From Mizuhopecten yessoensis (taxonomy: Eukaryota): 64,000 nt of DNA. Numbering within the stretch: position 1 is the stretch's first letter; each line of letters begins with the position of its first letter. The position numbers and the translations under genes were made by a program. Below, in pieces: positions 23,317 through 36,437 of the stretch. The notes under the pieces are model-generated. The model worked only from the letters and a program-made list of their open reading frames with translations. It made no database searches and was not told the DNA's origin. The stretch spans positions 1 through 64,000 of the forward strand of contig NW_018479974.1 of NCBI RefSeq assembly GCF_002113885.1, in the 5' to 3' direction.

Positions 23317-26004
23317 CGGCTGTGTGTTTAGTGCTACCCAGTAAGTATTTAATAGGTCATCCTGTGAAGAGTGGCTGTGTGTTTAGTGCTACCCACAAAG
23401 TATTTAGTAGGTCATCCTGTGAACAGTTGCTGTGTGTTTAGTGCTACGTATACCCACTGAGTATTTAGTAGGTCATCCTGTGAACAGTGGCTTTGTGTTT
23501 AGTGCTATCCACTAGGGATTTAGTAGGTCATCCTGTGAACAGTAGATTTGTGTTTAGTGCTACCCACTAGGTATTTAGTAGGTCATCCTGTGAACCGTGG
23601 CTGTGTGTTAGTGCTACCCACTAAGTATTTAGTAGGTCATCCGGTGAACAGTGGCTGTGTGTTTAGTGCTACGCACTAGGTATTTAGTAGGTCATCCTGT
23701 GAACCGTGGCTGTGTGTTAGTGCTACCCACTAAGTATTTAGTAGGGCATCCTGTGAACAGTGGCTGTGTGTTTAGTCCTACCCACTAAGTATTTAGTAGG
23801 TCATCCTGTGAACAGTTGCTGTGTGTTTAGTGCTACGTATACCCACTGAGTATTTAGTAGGTTATCATGTGAACAGTGGCTGTGTGTTTAGTGCTAACCA
23901 CTAAGTATTTATTCGGTCATCCTATGAACAGTGGCTGGGTGTTTAGTGCTACCCACTAAGTATTTAGTCGGTCATCCTATGAACAGTGGCTGTGTGTTTA
24001 GTACTACCCACTAAGTATTTAGTAGGTCATCCGGTGAACAGTGGCTGTGTGTTTAGTGCTACTCACTAAGTATTTAGTAGGTCATCCTGTGAACAGTCGC
24101 TGTGTGTTTAGTGCTACCCACTAAGTATTTTGTAGGTCATCCTGTGAACAGCAGCGTCTGTCCACGTCAATTTGATTATTTTTCGATATTTCATGAAATC
24201 TACCAAACATTATACTGCATATATGTGTTTAGTGCTACCCACTAAGTATTTATTCGGTCATCCTATGAACAGTGGCTGTGTGTTTAGTACTACCCACTAA
24301 GTATTTAGTAGGTCATCCGGTGAACAGTGGCTGTGTGTTTAGTGCTACTCACTAAGTATTTAGTAGGTCATCCTGTGAAGAGTGGCTGTGTGTTTAGTGC
24401 TACCCACTGAGTATTTAGTAGGTCATCCTGTGAACAGGGGCTGTTTGTTTAGGGCTACGTATTCCCACTAAGTATTTAGTAGGTCATCCTGTGAACAGTG
24501 GCTTTGTGTTTAGTGCTATCCACTAGGGATTTAGTAGGTCATCCTGTGAACAGTAGATTTGTGTTTAGTGCTACCCACTAGGTATTTAGAAGGTCATCCT
24601 GTGAACAGTAGCTTTGTGTTTAGTGCTACCCACTAGGTATTTAGAAGGTCATCCTGTGAACAGTAGCTTTGTGTTAAGTGCTACCCACTAGGTATTTAGT
24701 AGGTCATCCTATGAACAGTGGCTGTGTGTTTAGTACTACCCACTAAGTATTTAGTAGGTCATCCGGTGAACAGTGGCTGTGTGTTTAGTGCTACGCACTA
24801 GGTATTTAGTAGGTCATCCTGTGAACCGTGGCTGTGTGTTAGTGCTACCCACTAAGTATTTAGTAGGGCATCCTGTGAACAGTGGCTGTGTGTTTAGTGT
24901 TTAGTGCTACCCACTAAGTATTTATTCGGTCATCCTATGAACAGTGGCTATGTGTTTAGTGCTACCCACTAAGTATTTACTCGGTCATCCTATGAACAGT
25001 GGCTGTGTGTTTAGTACTACCCACTAAGTATTTAGTAGGTCATCCGGTGAACAGTGGCTGTGTGTTTAGTGCTACGCACTAGGTATTTAGTAGGTCATCC
25101 TGTGAACCGTGGCTGTGTGTTAGTGCTACCCACTAAGTATTTAGTAGGGCATCCTGTGAACAGTGGCTGTGTGTTTAGTCCTACCCACTAAGTATTTAGT
25201 AGGTCATCCGGTGAACAGTGGCTGTGTGTTTAGTGCTACCAACTAGGTATTTAGTAGGTCATCCTGTGAACAGTGGCTGTTTGTTTAGTGCTACCCACTA
25301 GGTATTTAGTAGGTCATCCTGTGAACCGTGGCTGTGTGTTAGTGCTACCCACTAAGTATTTAGTAGGGCATCCTGTGAACAGTGGCTGTGTGTTTAGTGC
25401 TAGCCTACCCACTAGGTGTTTAGTAGGTCATCCTGTGAACAGTGGCTGTTTGTTTAGTGCTACCCACTAGGTATTTAGTAGGTCATCCTGTGTACAGTGG
25501 CTGTGTGTTTAGTGCTACCCACTGAGTATTTAGTAGGTCATCCTGTGAACAGTGGCTGGGTGTTGAGTGCTACGTATACCCACTAAGTATTTAGTAGGTC
25601 ATCCTGTGAACAGTTGCTGTGTGTTTAGTGCTACGTATACCCACTATGGATTTAGTAGGTCATCCTGTGAACAGTGGCTTTGTGTTTAGTGCTACCCACT
25701 AGGTATTTAGTAGGTCATCCTATGAACAGTGGCTGTGTGTTTAGTGCTACCAACTAGGTATTTAGTAGGTCATCCTGTGAACAGTGGCTTTGTGTTTAGT
25801 GCTATCCACTAGGAATTTAGTAGGTCATCCTGTGAACAGTGGCTTTGTGTTTAGTGCTACCCACTAGGTATTTAGTAGGTCATCCTGTGAACAGTGGCTG
25901 TGTGTTTAGTGCTACCCACTAAGTATTTATTCGGTCATCCTATGAACAGTGGCTGTGTGTTTAGTGCTACCCACTAAGTATTTAGTAGGTCATCCTGTGA
26001 ACAG
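23317..26004. repeat. 55-bp minisatellite (GGCTGTGTGTTTAGTGCTACCCACTAAGTATTTAGTAGGTCATCCTGTGAACAGT), about 47 units
   Basis: Direct periodicity. Interrupted at 24152-24225 by a copy of its own right flank. Confidence 0.96.
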
Positions 26005-26604
26005 CAGCGTCTGTCCACGTCAATTTGATTATTTTTCGATATTTCATGAAATCTACCAAACATTATACTGCATATATGGTAAATCATACATCAAATTCAA
26101 GAAAAAATATTTCCCTGTCAGTCTAGACTGCTCCCGGGATGATATTAAACATGGTTATGACGAAATCACATGTTTTCAGGAACAGCGTTATTTTACTAGC
26201 GGGACAGAATTTGCAACCTTGTCTATGTTATGGATGTATTGGCAGAAGAGGCAAGGTACCTATGGTATCAGCTCGAGTTTCCTCTGGCCCTGTCAAAACA
26301 CCCCTGCAGGTGGGGGATCGGGTAAAAAAGAATACACCTGCTGTTACCCACTGCATGTATCGTAGGAGGCAACTAATGAAAGAACCCCCTGCAGAATTGG
26401 GGATTTGCTTTGGTGTCCTCTATTTGGGGACACAAAAGCGACCCAAAAAAATCTGCTGCACCCATTGCAATATTTTGGATCTTTATCTTTCTTTCTACCC
26501 CTACCTACCTTTTATTTCCTAGCGCCTTGCTTGGCAACACCTCACTTTTGGCTTGAATGTTGAGCGTTTACGCCCAGGTGAAGAAGGCAATGGAATCTGT
26601 CCAC

Positions 26605-26780
26605 AGGCCGGGACATACCGATTTAAGTCCTTAAAAATGGTAGCTGTTATTCCCTGCTAAATGTTCAGCATTAAGGGAATGGCAACAACTGGTTCACCCG
26701 TTGTCAGTATAATTTGACAAAGCGGATGCTGAGCTTGTTACCTACAGCATGGCATTTCAGTGAGATAGCACTATAAAGTC
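26605..26780 (+). mobile_element. SINE remnant with Deu/Nin-like central domain
   Basis: TAAAAATGGTAGC...CAGCATTAAGGG...CCCGTTGTCAGTATAAT...TTCAGTGAGATAGCACTATAAAG resembles the conserved mollusc SINE core (recognised from memory, not searched). Confidence 0.45.
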
Positions 26781-27761
26781 TGTGCTCACGCTAGCCATTA
26801 GCTTTTTTGTTATTAATGAAACAAAATCCTTAATAAGTTATTTGCGAAAATAAAATAAACCCCTTTAGCTATATCTGCAAAAGCCTTTTGCCCTGGATAA
26901 TTCACTAAACATTGTGCATCTGCGTCGTCTTATAACATCGATATGAACAGAAAATGAACAAAAGCAACATCTCAACCAGACTCAGTCAGCAAAACGCTTG
27001 ACTTACAAATACAAATAGCCCTTTCCGATGCAAACATATATGTGACCGTGGCAACCCAAGCGCTTAAAAACGAAAGTGGAAGTTGAATGGATTCATCCTT
27101 CATTACAAAGACATTCCTGTGACAGGTCATTTTAGGGCCGTTGCCAACATGGGAATTGTTTATACATTGAATTCCATCACTCTTCAAGAGAACACCTTTA
27201 TTTAAATGATATTTGTACTGTAGAATACTTCTAAACAAGTTATTGAGTTGTTGCAATTTAGGACTATCTTGATCATACTTGTCCCAATCTTAATCGTATT
27301 AAAACAACACTACAAACATTCCCGATTGTAACGACCGGACGAATATAGGATATAAATATTGTGTCATGCACCGTCCGCCGGCGCTCCTATTGCCACACGA
27401 ATTAAAAGATCCCAATATATTGACATTGGCAATTTTTAAAAGACCAATCTCAACTAATTTCTACATGTTCCCCATCAATAACTAGAACCTTGATAGGTCA
27501 GTAAGGGCCCGGTCTTGTGGCAATATATTCCCCATAATCATCAAGAAGCTTTGTTAGCTTTGATTTGTTTTATTTCACCTTATATACCTCCTCCATCAAG
27601 AGCCAGGGTCAAAGTCAGAGATCCACTTTGTCTTTGACCTTTGGACCCAAATGACCTTGACCATTAACCCAGTGACCCTGATCTTTGGTCAGTTGACTTA
27701 TTCTTTAATTCAGACCAACTTTGCTTCTTAATATCATAACAAAATGTTCATCAGTGAAAAN

Positions 27762-29922
27762 CCTTAATTTAGTCCGATAATATACAGTCTAACGCTCAGA
27801 AAGATTAAATCCATTACATAGAGGTGTCAACTATGATACACTGACTGACTGTCCTTAATTTAGTCCGATAATATACAGTCTAACGCTCAGAAAGATTAAA
27901 TCCATTACATAGAGGTGTCAACTATGATACACTGACTGACTGTCCTTAATTTAGTCCGATAATATACAGTCTAACGCTCAGAAAGATTAAATCCATTACA
28001 TAGAGGTGTCAACTATGATACACTGACTGACTGTCCTTAATTTAGTCCGATAATATACAGTCTAACGCTCAGAAAGATTAAATCCATTACATAGAGGTGT
28101 CAACTATGATACACTGACTGACTGTCCTTAATTTAGTCCGATAATATACAGTCTAACGCTCAGAAAGATTAAATCCATTACATAGAGGTGTCAACTATGA
28201 TACACTGACTGACTGTCCTTAATTTAGTCCGATAATATACAGTCTAACGCTCAGAAAGATTAAATCCATTACATAGAGGTGTCAACTATGATACACTGAC
28301 TGACTGTCCTTAATTTAGTCCGATAATATACAGTCTAACGCTCAGAAAGATTAAATCCATTACATAGAGGTGTCAACTATGATACACTGACTGACTGTCC
28401 TTAATTTAGTCCGATAATATACAGTCTAACGCTCAGAAAGATTAAATCCATTACATAGAGGTGTCAACTATGATACACTGACTGACTGTCCTTAATTTAG
28501 TCCGATAATATACAGTCTAACGCTCAGAAAGATTAAATCCATTACATAGAGGTGTCAACTATGATACACTGACTGACTGTCCTTAATTTAGTCCGATAAT
28601 ATACAGTCTAACGCTCAGAAAGATTAAATCCATTACATAGAGGTGTCAACTATGATACACTGACTGACTGTCCTTAATTTAGTCCGATAATATACAGTCT
28701 AACGCTCAGAAAGATTAAATCCATTACATAGAGGTGTCAACTATGATACACTGACTGACTGTCCTTAATTTAGTCCGATAATATACAGTCTAACGCTCAG
28801 AAAGATTAAATCCATTACATAGAGGTGTCAACTATGATACACTGACTGACTGTCCTTAATTTAGTCCGATAATATACAGTCTAACGCTCAGAAAGATTAA
28901 ATCCATTACATAGAGGTGTCAACTATGATACACTGACTGACTGTCCTTAATTTAGTCCGATAATATACAGTCTAACGCTCAGAAAGATTAAATCCATTAC
29001 ATAGAGGTGTCAACTATGATACACTGACTGACTGTCCTTAATTTAGTCCGATAATATACAGTCTAACGCTCAGAAAGATTAAATCCATTACATAGAGGTG
29101 TCAACTATGATACACTGACTGACTGTCCTTAATTTAGTCCGATAATATACAGTCTAACGCTCAGAAAGATTAAATCCATTACATAGAGGTGTCAACTATG
29201 ATACACTGACTGACTGTCCTTAATTTAGTCCGATAATATACAGTCTAACGCTCAGAAAGATTAAATCCATTACATAGAGGTGTCAACTATGATACACTGA
29301 CTGACTGTCCTTAATTTAGTCCGATAATATACAGTCTAACGCTCAGAAAGATTAAATCCATTACATAGAGGTGTCAACTATGATACACTGACTGACTGTC
29401 CTTAATTTAGTCCGATAATATACAGTCTAACGCTCAGAAAGATTAAATCCATTACATAGAGGTGTCAACTATGATACACTGACTGACTGTCCTTAATTTA
29501 GTCCGATAATATACAGTCTAACGCTCAGAAAGATTAAATCCATTACATAGAGGTGTCAACTATGATACACTGACTGACTGTCCTTAATTTAGTCCGATAA
29601 TATACAGTCTAACGCTCAGAAAGATTAAATCCATTACATAGAGGTGTCAACTATGATACACTGACTGACTGTCCTTAATTTAGTCCGATAATATACAGTC
29701 TAACGCTCAGAAAGATTAAATCCATTACATAGAGGTGTCAACTATGATACACTGACTGACTGTCCTTAATTTAGTCCGATAATATACAGTCTAAACCTCA
29801 GAATGATTAAAGCCATTACATAGAGGTGTAAACTATGATACACTGACTGACTGTCCTTAATTTAGTTCGATAATATACAGTCTAAACCTCAGAATGATTA
29901 AAGCCATTACATAGAGGTGTCA
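27762..29922. repeat. 91-bp tandem repeat: 22 apparently identical units plus about 1.7 diverged units
   Basis: Unit CCTTAATTTAGTCCGATAATATACAGTCTAACGCTCAGAAAGATTAAATCCATTACATAGAGGTGTCAACTATGATACACTGACTGACTGT. It starts directly after the N at 27761. Confidence 0.97.
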
Positions 29923-30480
29923 AGCTTCATTATTCATTTCTTTTCTTTCCTAATGCTAAAAATAGAATGACATTCCTTTAAATCATTTTAATGCAATGTA
30001 TCATGTAAAAGACGACTTTATTTAAATATCAAACTGCTACTGTATCATCTAATTTGGACGTCCGATTCAATAAGTAAAAGTTGCTAAAATCAATCATTAT
30101 TTGCTAAAAGAAAAAAGGTGCCTTTCGCAACTTTTGCTAAAAGAAGTTTTGGTCTAGAGTGAGTGAGCACAGAAAGTCAGCATCAGATCCGCGTTATCAC
30201 AAGGAGGCAAGCACCACCACAGGGGCTTGACGTTGTATAAAATTAGCTAGAAATACATATATATAAATTTTTCGCTAATTTTATCATACAAGTCTATACA
30301 AGCCCCTGGCTGTGAACATAACCTGTCTCCTGCATGCATACACACATGCAAGCACGCATACACTACACACACGGAGGCACATCTTTAAATGTTAGCTGTT
30401 AATAGGACAAAAGTAAACCATACCAAACCAACCCTGTCAAAATGTCAAAGTCTAATAATGTCCAAGTCTGGTGGAAGGGC

Positions 30481-30676
30481 CACAGAAAACTCGGGCTACT
30501 GTGATATATTTTGTGTTACGTTACCTCAGATACAATCATTTTTGGAGGTGGACCTTTTACCAAAAATTGATTTAAATCCCTAAAACGTGTAAAATTACTC
30601 TTTAGTTACACCACGGACTTAGATCTAATTCCGTGGTTACACCTCATTTTAGGTCACAAATAATCAGGTCCCTGTG
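30481..30676 (-). mobile_element. Short CACAG...CTGTG element, related to the MITE at 37646-37830
   Basis: The right end is the reverse complement of CACAGGGACCTGA. It shares internal GAGTAATTTTACA...GGTAAAA sequence with 37646-37830 and contains a palindrome at 30610-30637. Confidence 0.5.
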
Positions 30677-30768
30677 GACTGCATGTCACCACAGGAGCCT
30701 GAAGTTCTGTCAATAATGAATAATAACAGTAATACAAAAGAAATACCTATAATATTAAGCATATTATA

Positions 30769-31231
30769 AGGACTCACACAACTAAATCAGCCAATCAGCA
30801 AGTGTTTCATACGTTTGTAGTTCCTATTTGAAATAAGTTCCGGCTAATAACTGGGCCACTGAAGGAGTTTAATAAGGAACTGATGACAGATTTTTAGATA
30901 AATGAAATGTTCAGGTATTTAACTTTTGAAAAATATATACTTTTGATATATTTCCATGTCTGTGTGCGGATTTGCACAGGGGCAAAATGTCTTGGGGCGT
31001 TTCTGTTTTGGGTCACCGGTTTTGCTTGTAAACCACCGGTTGTCAACTTCTTGGCGCTGTGACACTCCAATATGCCACTAAACCTACCAAAAAAAGTCAT
31101 TTTGTGGCCTTTGCAAGGTATGTATTTATGAATCTAGACAGTTGTCACTAGTTTTGAACTTCAAATATTAAAGTTATTAGCTAAAATGTTTGGTAATAAC
31201 ATATAGTAAATGATTTAGTTGTGCGAGTCCT
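30769..31231. mobile_element. MITE copy A (TIR AGGACTCACACAACTAAATCA), possibly Kolobok-like
   Basis: 21-bp TIRs, followed by TTAA. Near-identical to 32870-34462. Confidence 0.7.
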
Positions 31232-32869
31232 TTAAGGTAAATAGCCATGTGCTCAATGAACCTGACCTCTCACACATTTTCTGTGTGTTTCCAAACACTT
31301 TTTTTAAAATACAGCCACTGTTATTGGGTCTTAGCACATTTTGCTCAGTATGTGAATATATATATAACTTGATAAAACTTAATAATTGGGTTAAATCTGG
31401 GCTAAATATGGCTGTGCTAAAGCCAGTATAGTTGGACTGACCCTAATACTCAGGTTTTTATTAGGATTGTGTTCAATTTACTGAAATAATTTATCTGCAT
31501 GTGTTTCAATAGTACTATTATGATCTGTGTACTAGCTTTTAGCACCTAAATCTTCATAGAACAGAAATATAGTGTGCTGTCCTGCACAATTTTCATCCCC
31601 CCCTCTCCCCCACCCTGTCCAACCACCTCTTCTCAGCCATTCTTAGGCCACTTCCCTCATTCAAATTACATTTTTATCTATGTTTAAAAGAAAGCAATGA
31701 TTAAATTCTAGTTTAAAAACTCAATATCACTAAAAAGTTTCAAATTGAAACTTAAATAACCTGTTTCAGCATACCCCCATGTGTAAAAGTACACCACAGA
31801 TTTTAGCACAAGTTACATAGCACATTATTCACACTTTTTAAAGCACAATTCAGCATTAAACACCATTTTATTCTTCGGTATAATAAATGTGGTCATTCCA
31901 AGTGTATGATAGTTGTTAGCTGGCTTCTGACTGAAGTTGTACTGTCATAGTTTCATATTCAGACCCTCCAGATTTGAACATGCTTTTTTTCATTTTGTCA
32001 TAGGTTGAATGTCTCTACATAACAGTTATACCGTGGGCAACAAGACTATGAACAGCAAATAGCCCCTCGCCACCACAGAACAAGCTTTTACAAAAGTTGC
32101 ACATGTGAGTATCTGTATGTGTATGTGTCATATATAGGTTTTTTGGCTAAATCCAACTTAAATTCCATTTTTTTAGTGAATTGCAGATTTATGGTTATTC
32201 CTGTCATAATATATACCTTCACCAACATCTTGTTTATTGATTTAATGTGTTTCTGTTGTGTGTTTACTCAGATAATCAACTGTTTATAGCATTACATCTC
32301 CCCTACCCCCAATATTCTCCCTGTAAAGTGCCGGCACCCCAGGGAGCAAGAAGTGCTATATGTAAGTATGTATAATTGATAGCTGATCAGTTGAGATGGA
32401 TATCTGATAACCTTTTATGACTGGATATCTGATAACCTTTTATGACTCATGTTTTATGTAGAATTTTGGAGTTTTGTGTGAATTCTAAGTGTGTTTAATT
32501 GTCCAAATTCTATCAAATTTACTCAAATTAACTTTTGATTACTTAAGATACTGTAAAAATTACAGAAACAGAGTCACCAAGATTTCTTTTCAAAAATATG
32601 TGAGTGGTATGGGTAATAAATGTGTGTGCAAAATATGAAATTGCTGAGTGTGTGCTAAATTGGTGTGCTAGAGGTTCATGTTAAGTAAGTGAAATGAGAA
32701 TTGTTTGGTGCTGACTCTGAATAGCACATGTATATCAGGGGCTATAACTTGGTTTTTCTTCATATCTTATCATTTTATTTCCACCAAATTTAACTATTTT
32801 ACTCGGTTATGTATATACTTTCAAAAACTGACTTCATTTCAACATTTTAAAATGTAAAGTTTTCCTTTA

Positions 32870-34462
32870 AGGACTCACACAACTAAATCAGCCAATCAGC
32901 AAGTGTTTCATACGTTTGTAGTTCCTATTTTAAATAAGTTCCGGCTAATTACTGGGCCACTGAAGGAGTTTAATAAGGAACTGATGACAGATTTTTAGAT
33001 AAATGAAATGTTCAGGTATTTAACTTTTGAAAAATATATACAGGGTTGCCAACTCTCACGGTGTGAGAAAAAATCTCGAGCATTCGTCACGCTGAGACGA
33101 CCTTACTCACGCATAATCATGTCTCACGCCACGTGAGCCATAAATCTCACGGATTCGAAAATATTCTCCCTCTATCCCACGCGAAGCCATAAATCGATAT
33201 TTTTTAGCTTGGGTCGTACAAAGGGGAATAACTCTTATTGCAACGTTGTGCTTTGGAAGTGAGCTGACGCGAGGTGTCTCTTTACATCCAGTGGAAACGA
33301 ATGTAAATATATCGTAAGGTGAGTTGTTTTCACAATCGTCTGCTGGGTAACCGAACTACTCGTAGTGAAGCAGACGTAACACCTATCAATCAATCAACCA
33401 ATCAAGTTTTCACTCGTAAACTTAATATTGAACGTACCTATCGCACAGAAAAAGAAAGTTTTACTAATAATATTGTCGTGTATTAGGAAAGATTGTTTTT
33501 AGGTCGGGCCTTCACAAATATTAAGAGAAAACGATTCTTGTAACACGAACAGACTGTCGCTAATGGCTGATGAAAAGTTCGAAGTAATTTTTTGCAGTAA
33601 AGTGGCATATATTATTTAACACACCAGAGCCTTGTAGTAATAAACAATTTTAATCTGATGCGATGAAAAAATAACGAGTTTCGGGAAGTGCTTTAGCATG
33701 TTGGATAGACATAGTACGTAGGTAGTCCAATACATAATCATGCAACAAATCGGATTGCAAACGTGGTATAAATGCTAAGGGTCTAACTGTTATTTGTTGC
33801 TTAGGATAGTAGCCAGAAGTAATTGTAAAATATTTTTCCACTGTCAAATTATCATATTTTTTTTATCTTTCATGTTATGAAGGGTGGAATCGTTACAAGA
33901 AAGGCCCTTGATTATATAATGTGTTGCATTTCTGATGTCAGGTTTTTTTTATGTTAATCTTTTATATATCTGCAAAAAATGTTTTGTTTTATTTTCTTGA
34001 AGATCTTGAAGTGAAAATATCAACAATGCAGATGTTATAGTAGTCAGAGAAAGCCAGGATTTGTTCGATTCATTTGTAAATGTTATCTTAACACCCAAAA
34101 CGAGGTTACGCTGCGACGCCGTCAAAAGTCTCACATATTGTAAAACCCAGTGTAGTCCGAATTATTCTGACGTTTTATCGACTTTTTTTCATATCGGTCT
34201 GTCGTCGATAGGGGCAAAATGTTTGGGGGCGTTTCTGTTTTGGGTCACCGGTTTTGCTTGTAAACTTCCGGTTGTCAACTTCTTGGCGCTGTGACACTCC
34301 AATATGCCACTAAACCTACCAAAAAAGTTATTTTGTAGCCTTTGCAAGGTATGTATTTATGAATCTAGACAGTTGTCACTAGTTTTGAACTTCAAATATT
34401 AAAGTTATTAGCTGAAATATTTGGTAATAACATATAGTAAATGATTTAGTTGTGCAAGTCCT
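32870..34462. mobile_element. MITE copy B, same family and orientation as copy A, with a roughly 1.17-kb replacement insert
   Basis: Colinear with copy A up to about 33041 and again from 34210. Confidence 0.72.
33041..34209 (+). mobile_element. One-ended insert starting with hAT-like terminus CAGGGTTGCCAAC
   Basis: Replaces about 37 bp present in copy A. CpG-rich with subterminal TCTCACG/CGTGAG motifs. No matching second TIR seen. Confidence 0.45.
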
Positions 34463-35461
34463 ATAGGTATTTTTTTGTATTACTGGTATTATTCATTATT
34501 GACAGAACTTCAGGCTCCTGTGTTGTCACCAACATCGGAACCTAAGCTTACAAATGATCGTTTTAGATACAGTACAGTACAATGTGGGGAAACAATTCCA
34601 ACAGCTGCCTAATCCACGTCATACACATACAGTTTATATCAAGCATGTTGCTGCACAACAAAACCAGTGTCAAAGAAAAGAGTTTCACCTGTGTTGTTGA
34701 ATATAATTCAAGCCCAGCATCTTCCATCGCTCTACACTCTGAAGGCAAGTTTACTTTTTCTCGCCAATCAAAAGCTTCGATACAAGTAGGCCTAACACCC
34801 AATCAAATTCCTGGACACATTACACAAACAATATCGTTTCCGGTTTACTTTCGTTTCGTGTGAAATGTCACGTACGCATCTCACTAAATCAGAGTACGTC
34901 TCTGACTAAATTAAGTGTAACGTCGAAATCAAAGTTGATCAATTGTAACCAAAATAAACTTACCCATACGTTTAGTTTTGCTACATGCGTTACAAATGCA
35001 TACTCAGATATTCATTGAGCTTCATGTGAGCAATGAAATGCTGCAGTAGTCTCCCTTCAACCACAACCTGTGACCACAACGTAATTTTAAGTAAATATTG
35101 AGGTTTATGCACGAATATGCTGGAATTTATTTATCGGCATGTTTCGATACTTTGCCCCGTTATGAATCAGAAGAAAAAAGTGAAATAAATCGAATTCCCG
35201 GGCGCGCGGAAATCTCCCTGGACACTCATTCCTCCCAAATAGGCATTTCTATCGACGTATTTCGGTACTGTCTACTGTTACGATTGGCCTTAATTTTTTT
35301 TGCATACAGATAGGTAAGTGAATGAAATTTATGAATCAGAAGAAAAAGGTGAAAAAATGAATAAATAACGAATTCCTGGGCGCGCGAAAACCTCCCTGGA
35401 CACTCATTCCTCCCTGGACGAATCGAACACCAAAAGAGCGGTTATTGTGTCCTGACTTTCA

Positions 35462-36437
35462 TTTTTATACGCCCGTCAAATTTGACGGGAGGCGTTGTCC
35501 GTCCATCCGTCCGTCCGGCGTAAACTTTTGTTTGTCCGGCAATCTCCTCCTACATTTTTCGACCGATCACTTTGAAACTTGGTATACATTATAATCATAG
35601 AATTTTAGTTCGACAATTTTTCCAAAGGTTATTGCCCTTTGTTCATTTCAGTATTTGATTTTTGTCCGGAAATCTCCTCCTACATTTTTCGACCGATCTC
35701 TTTGAAACTTGGTATACACTATAATCATGATATGAAGTTGTGTATCCCTTAAAAACATTTTGTTTCGACAATTTTTCCAAAAGTTATTGCCCTTTGTTTA
35801 TTTCAGTATTTGATTTTTGTCTGGCAGTCTCCTCCTACATTTTTCAACGGATCTCTTTGAAACTTGGTATACATTATAATCATGAGGTGAAGTTGTGTCT
35901 CTCTCCCCTAAAAGAATTTGTATTAGACAATTTTTCCAAACGTTATTGCCCTTTGTTCATTTCAGTATTTGATTTTTGTCCGGCATTCTCCTCCTACATT
36001 TTTCAACGGATCTCTTTGAAACTTACTAGGCTAAATAATCATGATATGAAGTTGTGTTTCCTTGAAAAGAATTTTGATTCAACAATTTTTCCAAAAGTAA
36101 TTGCACTTTGTTCATTTCCGTATTTGATTTTTTTTGCCAGGAGATCTCCTCCTACCTTTTTGACAGACTTCTTTATAACTTAGTAGGCTAAATAATCATG
36201 ATATGTTGTTGTGTTTCATGTCTTGAAAAGAATTTTGATTCGACAATTTTTGAAAAGGTTATTGCCCTTTGTTCATTTCAGTATTTGATTTTTAACCGGA
36301 AATGTTCTCCTACATTTTTATAGCATGTCAGCTAACTACTCTTTGAATGATGCAGATCTTATTTTAATGTAAGAAAGTATATAACACTATATGGCATTCG
36401 ACCGGCGTATATTGTTCTGCCCCGCGGTACTCTTGTT
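35462..36437 (+). mobile_element. Helentron-associated non-autonomous element (HINE/pearl-like)
   Basis: 5' TTTATACGCCCGTCAAATTTGACGGG hairpin, (GTCC)n, about 5 tandem ~150-160-bp cores, 3' GACCGGCGTATA, small stem-loop and CTTGTT. Confidence 0.78.

Larger units (their letters stand above)
30690..34522. mobile_element. Non-autonomous TIR element, possibly P superfamily, with composite interior
   Basis: About 62-bp TIRs CACAGGAGCCTGAAGTTCTGTCAATAATGAATAATA... (30690-30751 / 34462-34522). 7-bp flanks ATGTCAC / TTGTCAC (1 mismatch). CANRG terminus. Confidence 0.7.

Noticed and set aside
26318-26380. Motif resembling RTE/SINE 5' sequence (…GTATCGTAGGAGGCAACTAA) considered as a self-cleaving ribozyme
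   Set aside because: I could not assemble a complete HDV-like or hammerhead fold by eye. A covariance-model search would be needed.
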